Shown here piece after piece: positions 1 through 11,481 of a DNA stretch of 64,000 nucleotides. Where the stretch lies: positions 41,356,001-41,420,000 of the forward strand of contig NW_024704743.1 in assembly GCF_018977255.1 (NCBI RefSeq), read 5' to 3'. Made by a program: the position numbers and the translations under genes. The notes beneath the pieces were generated by a model that was not told the origin of the DNA, did not search any database, and worked only from the letters and a program-made list of their open reading frames with translations. The number at the start of each line of letters is the position of its first letter. Position 1 is the stretch's first letter. The DNA comes from Callorhinchus milii. Taxonomy: Eukaryota.

Positions 1-974
1 CGTCCCTGCTCAGCATCAGACCCTATCTTGGTGAAGTGCTCTGAGAGATTGTCCTATGTGATATATTGGTTTTGGGGGTTATATGATATGTGCTAAATAT
101 CTAATGGAACACTGAGTTTCTCCTGAGTACTTTTTCTCTTTTTTAAAGGAATTGATCCAGAAGCCTCTATAGTCTGAATATTAATGGAACAAAGGCTACA
201 TTGGATGTGTCATATTTCATTCCATGGACCTGGGGGGGTAGTGCTTGAATTAAATCGAAAATTTATAATAAGGCTTTATTATTCTCCAATGCTAAAGCAT
301 TCAAAATAATGTAGGTGTAAGCTTCAATGTGAAAATTTGAGCACCTTTATTCTGAAAAATAAGTAAACAGTTTAGTTTAATTTCATTTAATGGCAAGCCT
401 GGCACCTGGCGTTTGCAAGTGAAGTTTTGTCTCCAGTGAACCCATGGGTGCGAGATTCTAGCACAAATCTCTCTGTCTGTCTGCTGAATTGTAAACGTGT
501 CAGACTGGCAGTGAGACTTGACGTTAGCAGATGTGTGCGCTTGGCAGAATTTGCATTTAGCAGTAATAAACGTGAGTCATACTAAACAATGGGCATGAGC
601 ATTTTACTGAATACATTTCCATCTTATATTATCCTTCCAAGGTTTAAGATTAAACATACTTAATACCCATATTATTAAGTATACACAGAGTCACAGTTGT
701 AGGCCAGTGCACTAATCTATCCGCATTATGGATTAATTCCAGAGCAATTTACAGACTTAAAAACATAGAACATAAGTATACCATCAGGCAATGACAGATT
801 GTGTCATGGTTTATTAAATCAATATCTTCTTAAGACTAAACAATAAATTTATATAATTGATGTAGTTTGTCAATTTCCCAAATTATTTCAAAACATACAC
901 ATAGTTCTTATGATATGGCACGCATAAAACAAACATTCTGCAAAAGTTAAACACTTTAAAATGGAATGTAGAAA

Positions 975-1102
975 GATACTAGGTCATGTTTAGGTTAGAA
1001 AGCAGGGAACATTTCTTTGCACAGAGGATTATTAACAGCTGGAACAGGTTATTAAGAAGAGTTACTGAGGCCAGGATCCTGCACTCATTTAAGATATGGT
1101 TT
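975..1102 (+). mobile_element. CR1 LINE ORF2 C-terminal fragment
   Basis: Translates FRLESREHFFAQRIINSWNRL...FK, matching the CR1 C-terminal pattern R..FF..RV...WN.LP...FK. Confidence 0.75.
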
Positions 1103-1110
1103 AAAAAAAA

Positions 1111-2001
1111 TTCTGGTCTCCACAACTCCACCATTCATAAAATCCAATTAATTCAAAACCCCACTGCCAATATCCTCACCCCCACCAAACTCCACATCCC
1201 CAACGCCCAAGTCCTTAGCAGGATCCACTGGCCCCTATTTCAGAGTTGAACAATTTCAAAATCCTCATACTTGCTTATAAATCATTTGATGCACTGGCAC
1301 CTCCCTGTCTGGAGTCCTGTAGCTCAGTGGTTAGAGCACTTCCCTCACAAGCGAGAGACCTGGGTTCGATTCCCGGCAGGGTGAAATGTTGGGCAAATTT
1401 CCTTACTCCACACATTTCTGTTTTACCTAGCAGTAAGTAGGAACCCAGTTGTTAGTTGATTGGCTGATTGCTTTTCTGGGAGTAATAATTCGTTCAACAA
1501 CAAAATAATAATTATAAATTGGTCATTTCAATCCACAACTGTTTGTGGGACATTACTGTGTGCAATTGACTGCCATGTTTCGCCCACAAATAAATAGTCA
1601 ATTCACTTTACAGTATATTCAATGAAGCGCTTTGAGGCATCTCGAAGATGTCTGCTATATCAAATGCGAGGATTATTATTATTATTACCTCTCTGACCTG
1701 CTCACACCCCACTCCTCTACTCGCCACCTTCACTCAAATAGCACCAGCCTCCTGCATATCCTTCATTCCCGCCGCTCCACCATCAGAGGGCGTGTTTTCA
1801 GCCACTATGCTCTGAAACTGGAACTCTGCATCAGTCTCTTCACCTTGCCCTTTTCTTGCATGTCTTCAGATTGAACCTGAAGACTTTCCTTTTTGACCTT
1901 GGCTACAGCCACCTCTCCCCGGCTCAGGGCCAAGCTCCGCCCATTCTTAAGCACTCTGAGATACTACCCGTGGGAAAGCCGCTATATAAATGCAAGTCGT
2001 C
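1111..2001 (+). mobile_element. L2 LINE 3' portion, interrupted by a SINE at 1311-1687
   Basis: IQLIQN, IHWP, FKILILAYK, LAPP / YLSDLL motifs; L2 tail AAGCACTCTGAG...GCTATATAAATGCAAGTCGT. Confidence 0.85.
1311..1687 (+). mobile_element. Young tRNA-derived SINE, long form, full length
   Basis: A box TAGCTCAGTGG, B box GGTTCGATTCC, Deu-type 3' part TGTTTGTGGGACATT...AATTG, tail CTATATCAAATGCGAGG(ATT)n. Confidence 0.9.
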
Positions 2002-2439
2002 ATTTTTGCTGATTGCTGCAGGAAGATGGTAGGGTTTGCATTCGAGAAGGATGAGATCAAGACAATCAAAGGGCTTTCTTCATTCAAATATGTCATGATC
2101 ATGTGAAGTAAATTCCAAGGAAATGCAAAGATTATGAGTAATACTTGCTTTTATATTGCACATGATTTAACAAGAAGTGATAAATATTCTCCAATAGCCC
2201 AAAATCCCTTTATTTTTGCAATTTTTATTTATGGTTTCCTTCATGTAATAGTAAATCTAAGGAGAAGAACCTCTTAACAAAATGCCTGCCCTATTGTAGT
2301 TTTCTTTAAAATTCAGCACTGTATAATTAAATTTTCATTAAGAATAATCTGTATCGCTTATAGTCAGTGTATCTAAGTGATCTTAATGGTGCATTAAAGT
2401 AAGACTAGTATATGATACTTTTTAAGATCAAAAGACTAG

Positions 2440-2760
2440 AAGATTGATTTAGAGGAAGAAAGCCCTTCGGCCTATCTGATCTCATCCCTCCAGAAAACGC
2501 ACTTTACCATCTTTCTGTCACAGTATTCAAGCTGCTTTTTAAATGGGTTCAGTGTCCTTGCCCAAACCATCCTTCCAGGTAGTATGTCCTCTTTAGCATC
2601 TGAGTAAAGGAAAAACTTTCTGGTGTCTGTCCTAAAATTGTCTTTAGTAACTCAAAACTTATATCCTAATTTCTTGGTGTTTCCTAAAATATTGTTCTAG
2701 GTTTACTTTTTTAATCCCATTCAAAATGTTATATACCTTTCTACAAAGTCCCCTCTTACA
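2440..2760 (-). mobile_element. CR1 LINE 3' end
   Basis: Minus strand carries the decayed CR1 C-terminus; tail resembles 40475-40830 and 63700-63990. Confidence 0.65.
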
Positions 2761-3685
2761 ACTTTAATTGTACCATTTAGCATAAAGCCATGTATTCTAT
2801 AGCCTACACTAATCAGATGCAAATAACTAATAGTAATTTATAGAAATGCATATGGAATTCAGAATAAATATTAATAATGGAACAGCATATACCAGACAAG
2901 AGCAATTTCTTTAAAGGGTGAATTATATGTTGTCCATTTATTTTTGTTGCATGAGGTACTGACAAAGCTGTGTTCTGCAGTGTAACATTTCTATAGGTCA
3001 AGCTATGATGCTTTTGATAACTTTAATTTGTAAATATCCAAACTGCAACTATTGTGTGAGACCATAAAATAGACCCCAAAACACTATCAATAGAAGACAG
3101 TTCATTCTGTATTCATAGTGTTATAAATCTCATGCTGTATATTCAAAGTATGTCATCCATTTCTATTTGAGATGTACAACTTGTTTTGTTCCATAAAGTA
3201 CGATATGGAGTATGATTCTCTTTAAGACCTAAAACTGTGCAGCTCTTGGGAAAATAAATTAAATCTAGATGGGTAGTTGAATGGTGAATTGACGATATTC
3301 TAGTGATGATGGTGCCATCTATTGGTCAATGATTGAGATCGCACACAGTGAAAACAGCAAAAACATTTTTTTGTAGAAAGTTAAATCTTCCTGATTTTGA
3401 ATCATGTGTGTTAGCGCTTGATAATTTATAACTTTCTATGTTTTTTTAATACATAAAAGATATCACAGGTTCTCTCTAAAAGATAATTTTACACAACTAA
3501 CAACTTTCTCATGTTCAGTGTTTGTGAAGATCTCCATTCTGATTCTACATCAAAGAATTATATTCAGAAAGGTTGTTTAGTTGATGATGGCCTGTTTTTC
3601 ATTCTCTCTCTTCACCCAATTTTTCTTTTGCCCTCCCCTCTTTTGCTACTGAAGGCCATGTTACTCTACTTTTGTCTTACAGGTC

Positions 3686-4437
3686 CACAGGTGTCAGTTG
3701 CCTTGCAGTATTTCTCCCAAATGACCATTCCTCATGAGTAATGCGAGTCATTAACTTTCGGCAGATTATTCAACTATCACGCATCCCATCTGAGGCGGAT
3801 CCTATCCTCATCTGATACTGATACACATTCAAATCGCCACAGGAGTCAATGGTCAGCAATTTGTGTATCAGCCGGGCTCAGTGGGTAGCACTCTCGCTTC
3901 TGGGTGAGAAGTCTGTGGGTTCAAGCCCCATATTGGGATGTCGAATTTTTATAGTCAAGGCTGCCATTCCAGTTATTGGAGGTGCAATCCTTTGGATGAA
4001 ATGTTAAATTAAGCTCCAGTCGATGTGCTGCTGATGATTTCATGGCACTATTCAAAACGGGAAGGAAGTTTTCACTGGTGTCCTGGACAACAATCCCTAA
4101 TTCAATTCATGGAGTTTTGGGGGATATTTGTGTATGCAGATTGACTGCCACTGTTTCCCACTCAATACACAGACAATATACTTTATATTATATACCGTGA
4201 AGCTCTTTAAGACATCCTCCCAATGTGAAAGACACCATATCAAATGCAAAGATGATTATTATTAATTAGGAAAGGAAACCCTAGTCAACCTTGCCCTCCC
4301 TGAAACAGGATTACTCAAATATTGATTGTGAACAGATGCGCTGGATGAATTGAGCTAACAGATTGGGAATCAAACCTTCAACTTTCCTTTCTGTATGAGC
4401 TAGTATTTAGTTACCTTTATCCATTGTGCCATAGGAC
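3686..4437 (-). mobile_element. LF-SINE-like relic split by a DeuSINE insertion
   Basis: GGTGTCAGTTGCCTT...CCATTCCTCATG...GATCCTATCCTCATCTGA, then GGAAACCCTAG...AGCTAAC...GGGAATCAAACC, follow the reverse complement of LF-SINE as I recall it. Confidence 0.6.
3863..4263 (+). mobile_element. SacSINE1-like DeuSINE, near full length
   Basis: Head GGCTCAGTGGGTAGCACTCTCGC...GTGGGTTCAAGCCCC; Deu domain CATGGCACTATT...GGTGTCCTGG; tail ATATCAAATGCAAAG. Confidence 0.85.
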
Positions 4438-4544
4438 TACAGTGAGTGATCTTAATAGCTACCGGCAGATCTAAGTATATACATATACATATATATATAT
4501 GACTGCCCAGTATTTGACATCATTTTACTTATCGCTCCCACAAC

Positions 4545-4680
4545 TGGATCAGATGGTAAAACCAGGTCAGAAGATTCTGGATTTTAGCCCCAGGTTATGA
4601 CTTGATCGCGTACTCCAGGCTGACAACTCCAGTGCAGGGGGAGAGCTACAATGTTTGGAGGTGCGATGCTTGAATAGTGA
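4545..4680 (+). mobile_element. DeuSINE 5' fragment
   Basis: CCAGGCTGACAACTCCAGTGCAG...GGAGGTGC matches the head region of other copies. Confidence 0.55.
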
Positions 4681-5599
4681 ACATTTCCTTGGGGGAGGAA
4701 AGGTAACCGGGGCATGGAGCTGACCAATAAGATAATCCTTGTAAATTTAAACCCACTTGAAAGACAATGGGTTCAGGCCTTTTTATTTGATCCTAAAGTC
4801 CATTACAGTTAATAATCTATCATAATAATAATTTATTTGTTCTCCGCTCTTAATTCGTAGCTGGAGCCTGTCAGGGCTGTAAAGTAAAACTATGTGCCAG
4901 TTCATCACTTACCAAGTAATTTACTATGAAGCAACTTTAAATATTGGACACATTCCTTAATATATTGAAATGCTATCTTGTATTCTATTGAGGTCTGATT
5001 TATGTTCTCGTGACTTTCAGAATGGACAGCAATTTGAACACATCAGAAACAGTTTTTCATTGAATCCCACTCTGCCTGTTGAATTAATCCCATGGAGGTC
5101 AATGTCCCCAATCCTACTCTAAACGGGCATTCATCATCCTGCCATTATCTGAGTGACTAAAATGTGATAAATTATTCACCACCCAGGAACATGCAGTTAC
5201 ACCACAGGTGATTAATAAAATGGTAGATTACAACACTGAGTACCGGACCTTTTTAACTTCAGAGGATGTTAAAAAATGAGCTGTCGAATTGATCTTTGCT
5301 TTAAATATAATGTGATTACGTGAAGCAATTTTGCAGCTGTTTGATGACTCTGTAAAAGCACCTGGGGGCTAATCTCTTCCAGGGACATCCAATGGGGACA
5401 GGAAACCTGCTCTCAAACACTTGAGAGACAAAATTATTTTTATTTAAAACCACTTGTATATAAAATCTATGGGGTAAAAATTTAGAATGCATTGCTTGTG
5501 ATAACAGGATTATGAAATATCACAAATTTCAGGCCGTTGTGCCATTAAAGGAGAGTTAATAAAAAAAAATTGATTTGGAAAAATGAGTAAAGCAATAAA

Positions 5600-6030
5600 A
5601 TACAATTTACATTTATGTAGCACCTTTCACATCAGGAAGACGTCTCAATGTGCTTTGTATTGCTGTCTGGACACCTGAGCCAGAGGTGTGAACTGAACAG
5701 GATAGGGAGGTGAAGGATGACACAGTCAGAGAGGTAAGTATTGAGTTGGGGTTTGAAGTTTGGGAGGAAAGTGACGAGTTGGAGGGACTCTGGGATGAAG
5801 TTTCAGAAGCTGGGGCAGAATGACTGAAAGTTGACCTGCCAAAGATGGGATAGGTAAAGCAGGGGACATGAAGCAGGTTTATTAAGAGAGAAAGAGAGAG
5901 AATGGCTTTGTTGGTAAAGCTGTAGGAGATCTCAGAGATAGGGTGGAGCAAGTCCATGGAGAAATCTGAATGTGAGAATGAAGTTCTTGAATTCGAACTG
6001 ATGGGGGATGGGGTCCTGGAGGCACAGACA
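5600..6030 (-). mobile_element. L2 LINE 3' end
   Basis: Reverse-complement tail CATTTATGTAGCACCTTTCAC; GTTCTTGAATTCGA (RI.FK motif on minus strand). Confidence 0.75.
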
Positions 6031-7299
6031 CTATAATGGGCCAAAGGGGCTCCCATTTTCTGAAAAAGGTCTTTGTTTGAATAAAGCATATCACAACCAC
6101 AACCTTGGCCATGCAGTTACAAATGTTAGAGTAAAAAAGAACAATGAATGAAGGAGCTCTGCTTGTAAGTTAAGTTATTTTTACTTAAGAAAATCAGAGC
6201 TTCAGTCTATCCTAATCCACACAACAGACTCATTTCTATCTCGGGTGGGAAGAAGAGGAATTATTCTGTATTGTGCAATCTTTTGATGGTGTGGATTGCT
6301 TTGCATTTCAAGAGCATAAAGGCCAGTAAATCAGAGTGCAATTCTCTAATTATCATCAATTTATCGTCAAATGGAAAAATCCATTCCCCATTCCTAGATT
6401 TCTATAAGGTCTCTTGTCAGCAGCTTCTAATTTATGGAAAACAGGTATTATTTAGCTTTATACTTATATTTATACAACAATATATTTGAAGGAATAACAA
6501 TTCACATTTATATAGCACCCTTCACATGGTGTAGTGTCTCAAAGCACTGATGCACATCTCTGAAAGAGTGCATGCAACAAACTGTATAACCGAAAATGAT
6601 TTATTTCCTGTGACCGAAGACTTTTAAATTCCATGGATTAAATCTGCCCCCTAGAGTTATCTCCAGAAAACTGGCTCAGCGAAAAGTACAGTAACAGCAG
6701 CAGCTGAATTTGTAACTATAAGGTGAAGTACACTGTAGCAAGAATAGCAGCAGCAATGAACCATGACACAAACATTGTGTTTCAAAAATTATAATAGCAA
6801 GTGGAAGAAAGAAAAGGATTATAAATGTTTAAAAATTTGTGAAAAATAAACTGTTCACAAGTTATCACTTTTGAAAAAAATTTCTAAATATGCACAACTG
6901 TACGGCTGCACTAGTAACATTGTACCGATTAATGGGACTTCAGGAGAAATGATGGCAAAGATTAAGGTGCTCATCTCCAATTGAGTTTCCCGAGTTTCTA
7001 TACTGTGTCCTCAGCTTGAATCCCAGTCTTGACAGTTTTCATACATGAATACCTTCATTGAATAAGTTTTGCCAGTTCTAGTCTGGGTTATTTGTGAAAG
7101 CACCTCCCATAGAAAGGAAAGAGTGTCTAACACTCCGAATAGACACTTCCGTTGGAAATGGCCTACTGGAATTTGACCAATACACATGACCTTTAGCTAG
7201 AAAATTATATTTAATTTAATTCTTATTTGTCACCTCACCGTATTACAGCACTACTTTCATCTGTAGCAACTTTCAACAATGCACCCATAAATATACATT

Positions 7300-7483
7300 G
7301 GGTCTAAATTGCCAATTCGCAGAGGGATTTGTATATAGTTAATCTGGAGCTGTGCTGAGGACAAAATTCATAAATTGAAACTGGGATAAGGGTATTGAAG
7401 CACAGTTCCAGAGAAACACATCAGAGTTCCTGCAAAGGTTTCCTATTCATTAATCCTTTTGCAAATCTTGCAATTTAGATGCC
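7300..7483. mobile_element. MITE-like element with about 33-bp imperfect TIRs and candidate ATT target duplication
   Basis: GGGTCTAAATTGCCAATTCGCAGAGGGATT versus AATCCTTTTGCAAATCTTGCAATTTAGATGCC; ATT on both sides. Confidence 0.55.
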
Positions 7484-9121
7484 ATTATGTGATATGAATG
7501 CTCCCAATCAGTTTGCTGTGCATTAGTGAGCTCCATGTAATAACAGATACAAATCGCAAGTTTACATTACTTTCTTTCCAAACATTACTATATAGGGACT
7601 CACTACGATAAGCAGTAACCTTCCCCTTCCCCTCCCGAGCAAGCAATCAGTTTATCAGGGCAAACATTGCTTCATCTTGTGCAGTTAGTTTTTCCCAGAG
7701 TGGGGAAGGGACAGTGGGAGGGAACCCAGCCCCCAGAAGAAGAAGCTTTCTCTCGTTAAATGCTATTACACTATCAACTATTATTTATGAACATATTTGT
7801 TAAAATAATTCATTGCTTGACTTTATATTTTTAATAAAGTTTCTATTATTGTGTGAGACTTGTACTGAAATGTATTTCGAAACAATCCTTCTGTGCATAA
7901 GGGAGAATAAGCTGTTCACAGGTTAAATTTATACAAATATTGTGCGATCTTCCACAGACAGCAGTAGCACAGCAGATCTCCCTCAATTTCTTTCATTAAA
8001 AATGGTACCTCAGTATGATAATAAATGCTGAATGTGTGGGTATAAATATAAATACAATTTTGAAATGGGTAACAGTAAGGAGCTCAGAAGCTGCTTCTCG
8101 TAGTGCATAACATCATATGAACCTATCAAAAGCATCAAATTCTTGTCATCACTCTCACCCATTGTGGTCTGTGCCACGGCAGCGAGTGGGTCTTATCAAC
8201 AGGTAAGCTAAACATCTTGATACTTTTCTGTATGCTGGAATAGTCTGGCTAACACTTGACTAACACTTTACAGTTCTGAAGAGTGGCAAGCAGTCTCGAG
8301 AGGAAGATGCCATCATCCCACCAATTCTATGGCCATTTGCTGTTAGTTTCACCCTTATTATCACAGGTCATCGACAACCACAGTACTTGTGCATTACCAC
8401 CAATCTCAAAGGCATTGAATGTTGTCTATTTTTCTGGTATTCAGGATGCCAAGATACTGGCAGTCTCACAGTGCTCCCTTTTGCAATGAGAGGGGGGATA
8501 AATGGGAGCGGGAGTATAGTAGATTGCAGGGAAAGATAAGAACAGCTTTGGAGAGTGGGCGGAGTAAGTGTTTAAACTGAACAAGTCTGAAGAAAGCTTG
8601 AGGAGATTTGAGCTTGACAGTCAGAGTTCAGTGTTTAGTTGTTGTGGCGGTGGGAGTGGGGGAGATAGTTAGACATCAGCAGTTGGGCTCAGAAAGTGAA
8701 GCATTGCCACGTTTTCTGTGGGAGCAGCTATCTCTATGTGGTTGTGATATCTCTATGTGCCAAGTTATTTTGAGAATAAGTTTGCCCGTGACACCAATTA
8801 CGAAGATAAATAATCGTATCACTGACTTTTCCATTACTTCCTTTCCATTTTCCTCTCTCCCTGGTGTACATAAGTGTCAGATTACAGTAATGGACTTCAT
8901 GCATATCATCCTAAAAACCCACAATAGTCTGCAAGAATGACTAACGCTCACTATGATTGCACCTTTCAGCTACATTGTTGAAGTTCACTTTGATAAGATT
9001 AGACAAGTACATACTAATTATTGCTGAAATAAATGATATTTCACCAAAGATTTCTTGGAAGAGACTAAATTAGACCTAGAACATTGCTTCAGATCTATTC
9101 ATTTTCTGCTTTCTAAGTAGG

Positions 9122-9395
9122 TAATAATAAGAATCTTTGCATTTGAAATAGCGCCTCATCACGTTTTCGAGATGTCTCAAAGCACTTCACAGATAAACAT
9201 TGCGCAGAGTAGAAAATGTGTTAACAATTAACCACATTAATAATAATAATAATAATCCTTGCATTTGATATAGGGCTTTTCACGTCTTCTAGATGTCCCA
9301 AAGCGCTTCACAGAATATACTGCAAAGTGAATTGACTGTATATGTGTGGGCGAACGCGGCAGCCAATTGCGCACAGCAGTGTTCCACAAACAGTC
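9122..9395 (-). mobile_element. Two adjacent SINE 3' fragments
   Basis: Two (AAT)n-TTGCATTTGA tails; the second continues into GCAGCCAATTGCGCACAGCAGTG. Confidence 0.85.
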
Positions 9396-9739
9396 GAATT
9401 TAATGATGGTACCATTTAAATAATTTCCTCTTTGATTGGACTGTTGGTCAACTTGCTCCTTCCTACCCTCTTTCAGCTTCCACCTTCCCCCACTTTGCGC
9501 TGTTTAACTTCATAAATAGTTTGCTAGAAATGCAAGTTGTTGTTGAGGACAACTTATTTTGCTTCCTTCTATATCAGTGAAAGAGTTAATGGTGTTAGTG
9601 TGAGACATTTGGCTCATGAGAGTCAGGCTGCCAATACTTATTTTTAGTTCATGATTAGGATTTTGTTCTTGATCACTGCGTGTCCTAACGTGTTGTTTTG
9701 TAATATAACTTAATTATGAATAGTGAATAACTACATATT

Positions 9740-10082
9740 GTTTTGTTGCAAGTTATATCCCACCTTTTGTCCTGCATTATTAACACCTCTATGCCCTTGC
9801 TTTGTTGCAACCTCCCACCTTTGCTTTGCATCATTAACACATCTTTGACTCATCATCCCCTGTCCTCTACCCCATTTTCTCCTTTGTCTTCCTTGCCCTG
9901 CCTCCCCACTCTCTCTTAGCCCTTAAAAGCATTTCCCCCCCAATTCTGACGAAGGGTCGTGGACCCAAAATGTTGACTCTCTTTCCTTTCTCCATATATG
10001 CTGCCTGACCCGCTCAGTGTTTCCAGCGACTTCTGTTTTTGTTTTCAGATTTCCAGGTTCTGCAGTATTTTGTGTTTTGTTT
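9740..10082 (+). mobile_element. Penelope-like terminal repeat (pLTR) remnant
   Basis: Pyrimidine-rich leader, hammerhead-like core, then ATGCTGCCTGACCCGCTCAGTGTTTCCAGC...TTCAGATTTCCAG...CTGCAGTATTTTG, which recurs at 10330-10410. Confidence 0.65.
9946..9977 (+). ncRNA. Decayed minimal type I hammerhead ribozyme
   Basis: CTGACGA-A-GGGTC-GTG-GACCC-AAAA-TGTTG: CUGANGA box, 5-bp stem II, and GAAACG altered to AAAATG. Confidence 0.55.
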
Positions 10083-10217
10083 GAAAAGAATACCCTTGGA
10101 AATGATAGGATACTGAAAAATTATTTCCTATACATCCAGTTGGTTGACGGATTCACTATTTGAATGCTTTTATGAAATGCAATAGCTTTTCATCTCTCGG
10201 CTATGTCAGTGTGGTTA

Positions 10218-10413
10218 ACAAATAGAAGTCGCTGGGAACACTCAGCAGGTCAGGCAGCATCTCCAAAGTCCTTTTACCCTGCTTTGCTCTTATCTTCAAC
10301 ATGATTTTTGTTCTTCCCAATTGCCCTGCTATAGATTCTGCCTGACCTGCTGATTGTTCCCAGTGACTTCAGTTTTTTTTCAGATTTCCAGCATCTGCAG
10401 TATTTTGCGTTGT
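10218..10413. mobile_element. Inverted pair of Penelope-like terminal repeat segments
   Basis: 38-bp inverted repeat (about 10225-10262 versus 10333-10370) with 3 mismatches, same family as 9995-10080. Confidence 0.65.
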
Positions 10414-10974
10414 AGTTAATAAATACTTTAGTTGAACGCCATTACAGATCTTGTCAACTTCAGGTGATCCAAGGTGCATGATCAGAGACACATTATCTTA
10501 CAGAGATAATTTGATACCATTACAATGACCAACTCGTGCCTTACGAAATGTGTCCTTTAGCCTCGAGAACCTACTTTAAAATCAAACTCAAGCATGTGGG
10601 ACGAAAGTCTCTCTTCTCTAATTGATATCATGAAACTATATGCTCTTAGGCCAGTCCATAACACAGTTGAGGAGTCCACAGAACTCACGATCCCCAAATA
10701 GTTCAATCAAAATTCAAAACAACAAAAGAAAAGGATCCAGTCTGCAAACAGGATATTAATAACCTTGTTTTAATAAGGAAAGAATCTTAACTCTCCATAG
10801 AACAATAAATATTTTACAATTTAGTAACATGACTTAATTAAGTTAGCTGTGTTCTTTATTCCCCCAGAAGAATTCATTACTTTAAGAAACTGTCTGATTT
10901 GAATAATTCAAAACAGACCATATAACACAGTAAAAAAAAATTGCTTATGAAAATACACATAATGTAAGCAGCTT

Positions 10975-11352
10975 TAAGCATGGTCGAAGAATAGGGTATT
11001 CAGGCAGGACTTGAAAAAGCGGAGAGAGGGGGCCAGGCAGAAGGATTGAGGGAGAGTGATCCAGAGTTTTGGGGCATAATGGCTGTAAGCACGACCTCCA
11101 ATGGTGGAGTGAAGGGTGCGAGGGACAAGTAAGAGGCTGGTGCCAGTCGAGCAGAGGCGGGTGGTGGATTGGGGAGTGAGGAGGTCAGAGAGCTAAGGAG
11201 GTGCCAGGGAGTGAAGGGATTTGAAGATGAGTGTGAGGATCTTGAAGTTGATCTGTTCAGTGATGGGGAGCCAGTGGAGCCTGGCCCGAACTGGTGAGAT
11301 GTGGGTACGGAGTTTGGTTCAGGTAAGTACGTGGGCGGCAGAGTTCTAAGTG
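10975..11352 (-). mobile_element. L2 LINE fragment
   Basis: GAGGATCTTGAAGTTGATCTG...GGGAGCCAGTGGAG reads LHWLP...QINFKIL on the minus strand. Confidence 0.8.
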
Positions 11353-11481
11353 AACTCCCCCTTCTTACCCAAGTCAAAAGTCTGTCTCAAGACTTTCATA
11401 TTGGACAGCACTTTTGGTCATCTTTCCCCTCTCCACCCTCTTCAGCTTCCACCAACCCCCACCAGCTTGGATGTGTAGTCA

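Noticed and set aside
1311..1385. tRNA-like sequence with A and B boxes (also near 14840-14906, 17935-18010, 33906-33975, 55080-55135)
   Set aside because: Each continues into a SINE body and tail; these are SINE heads, not tRNA genes.
8104..8202. 99-nt candidate exon with CAG/GTAAGC donor
   Set aside because: Weak acceptor, unrecognised peptide, and the next acceptor (about 8274) gives an immediate in-frame stop.
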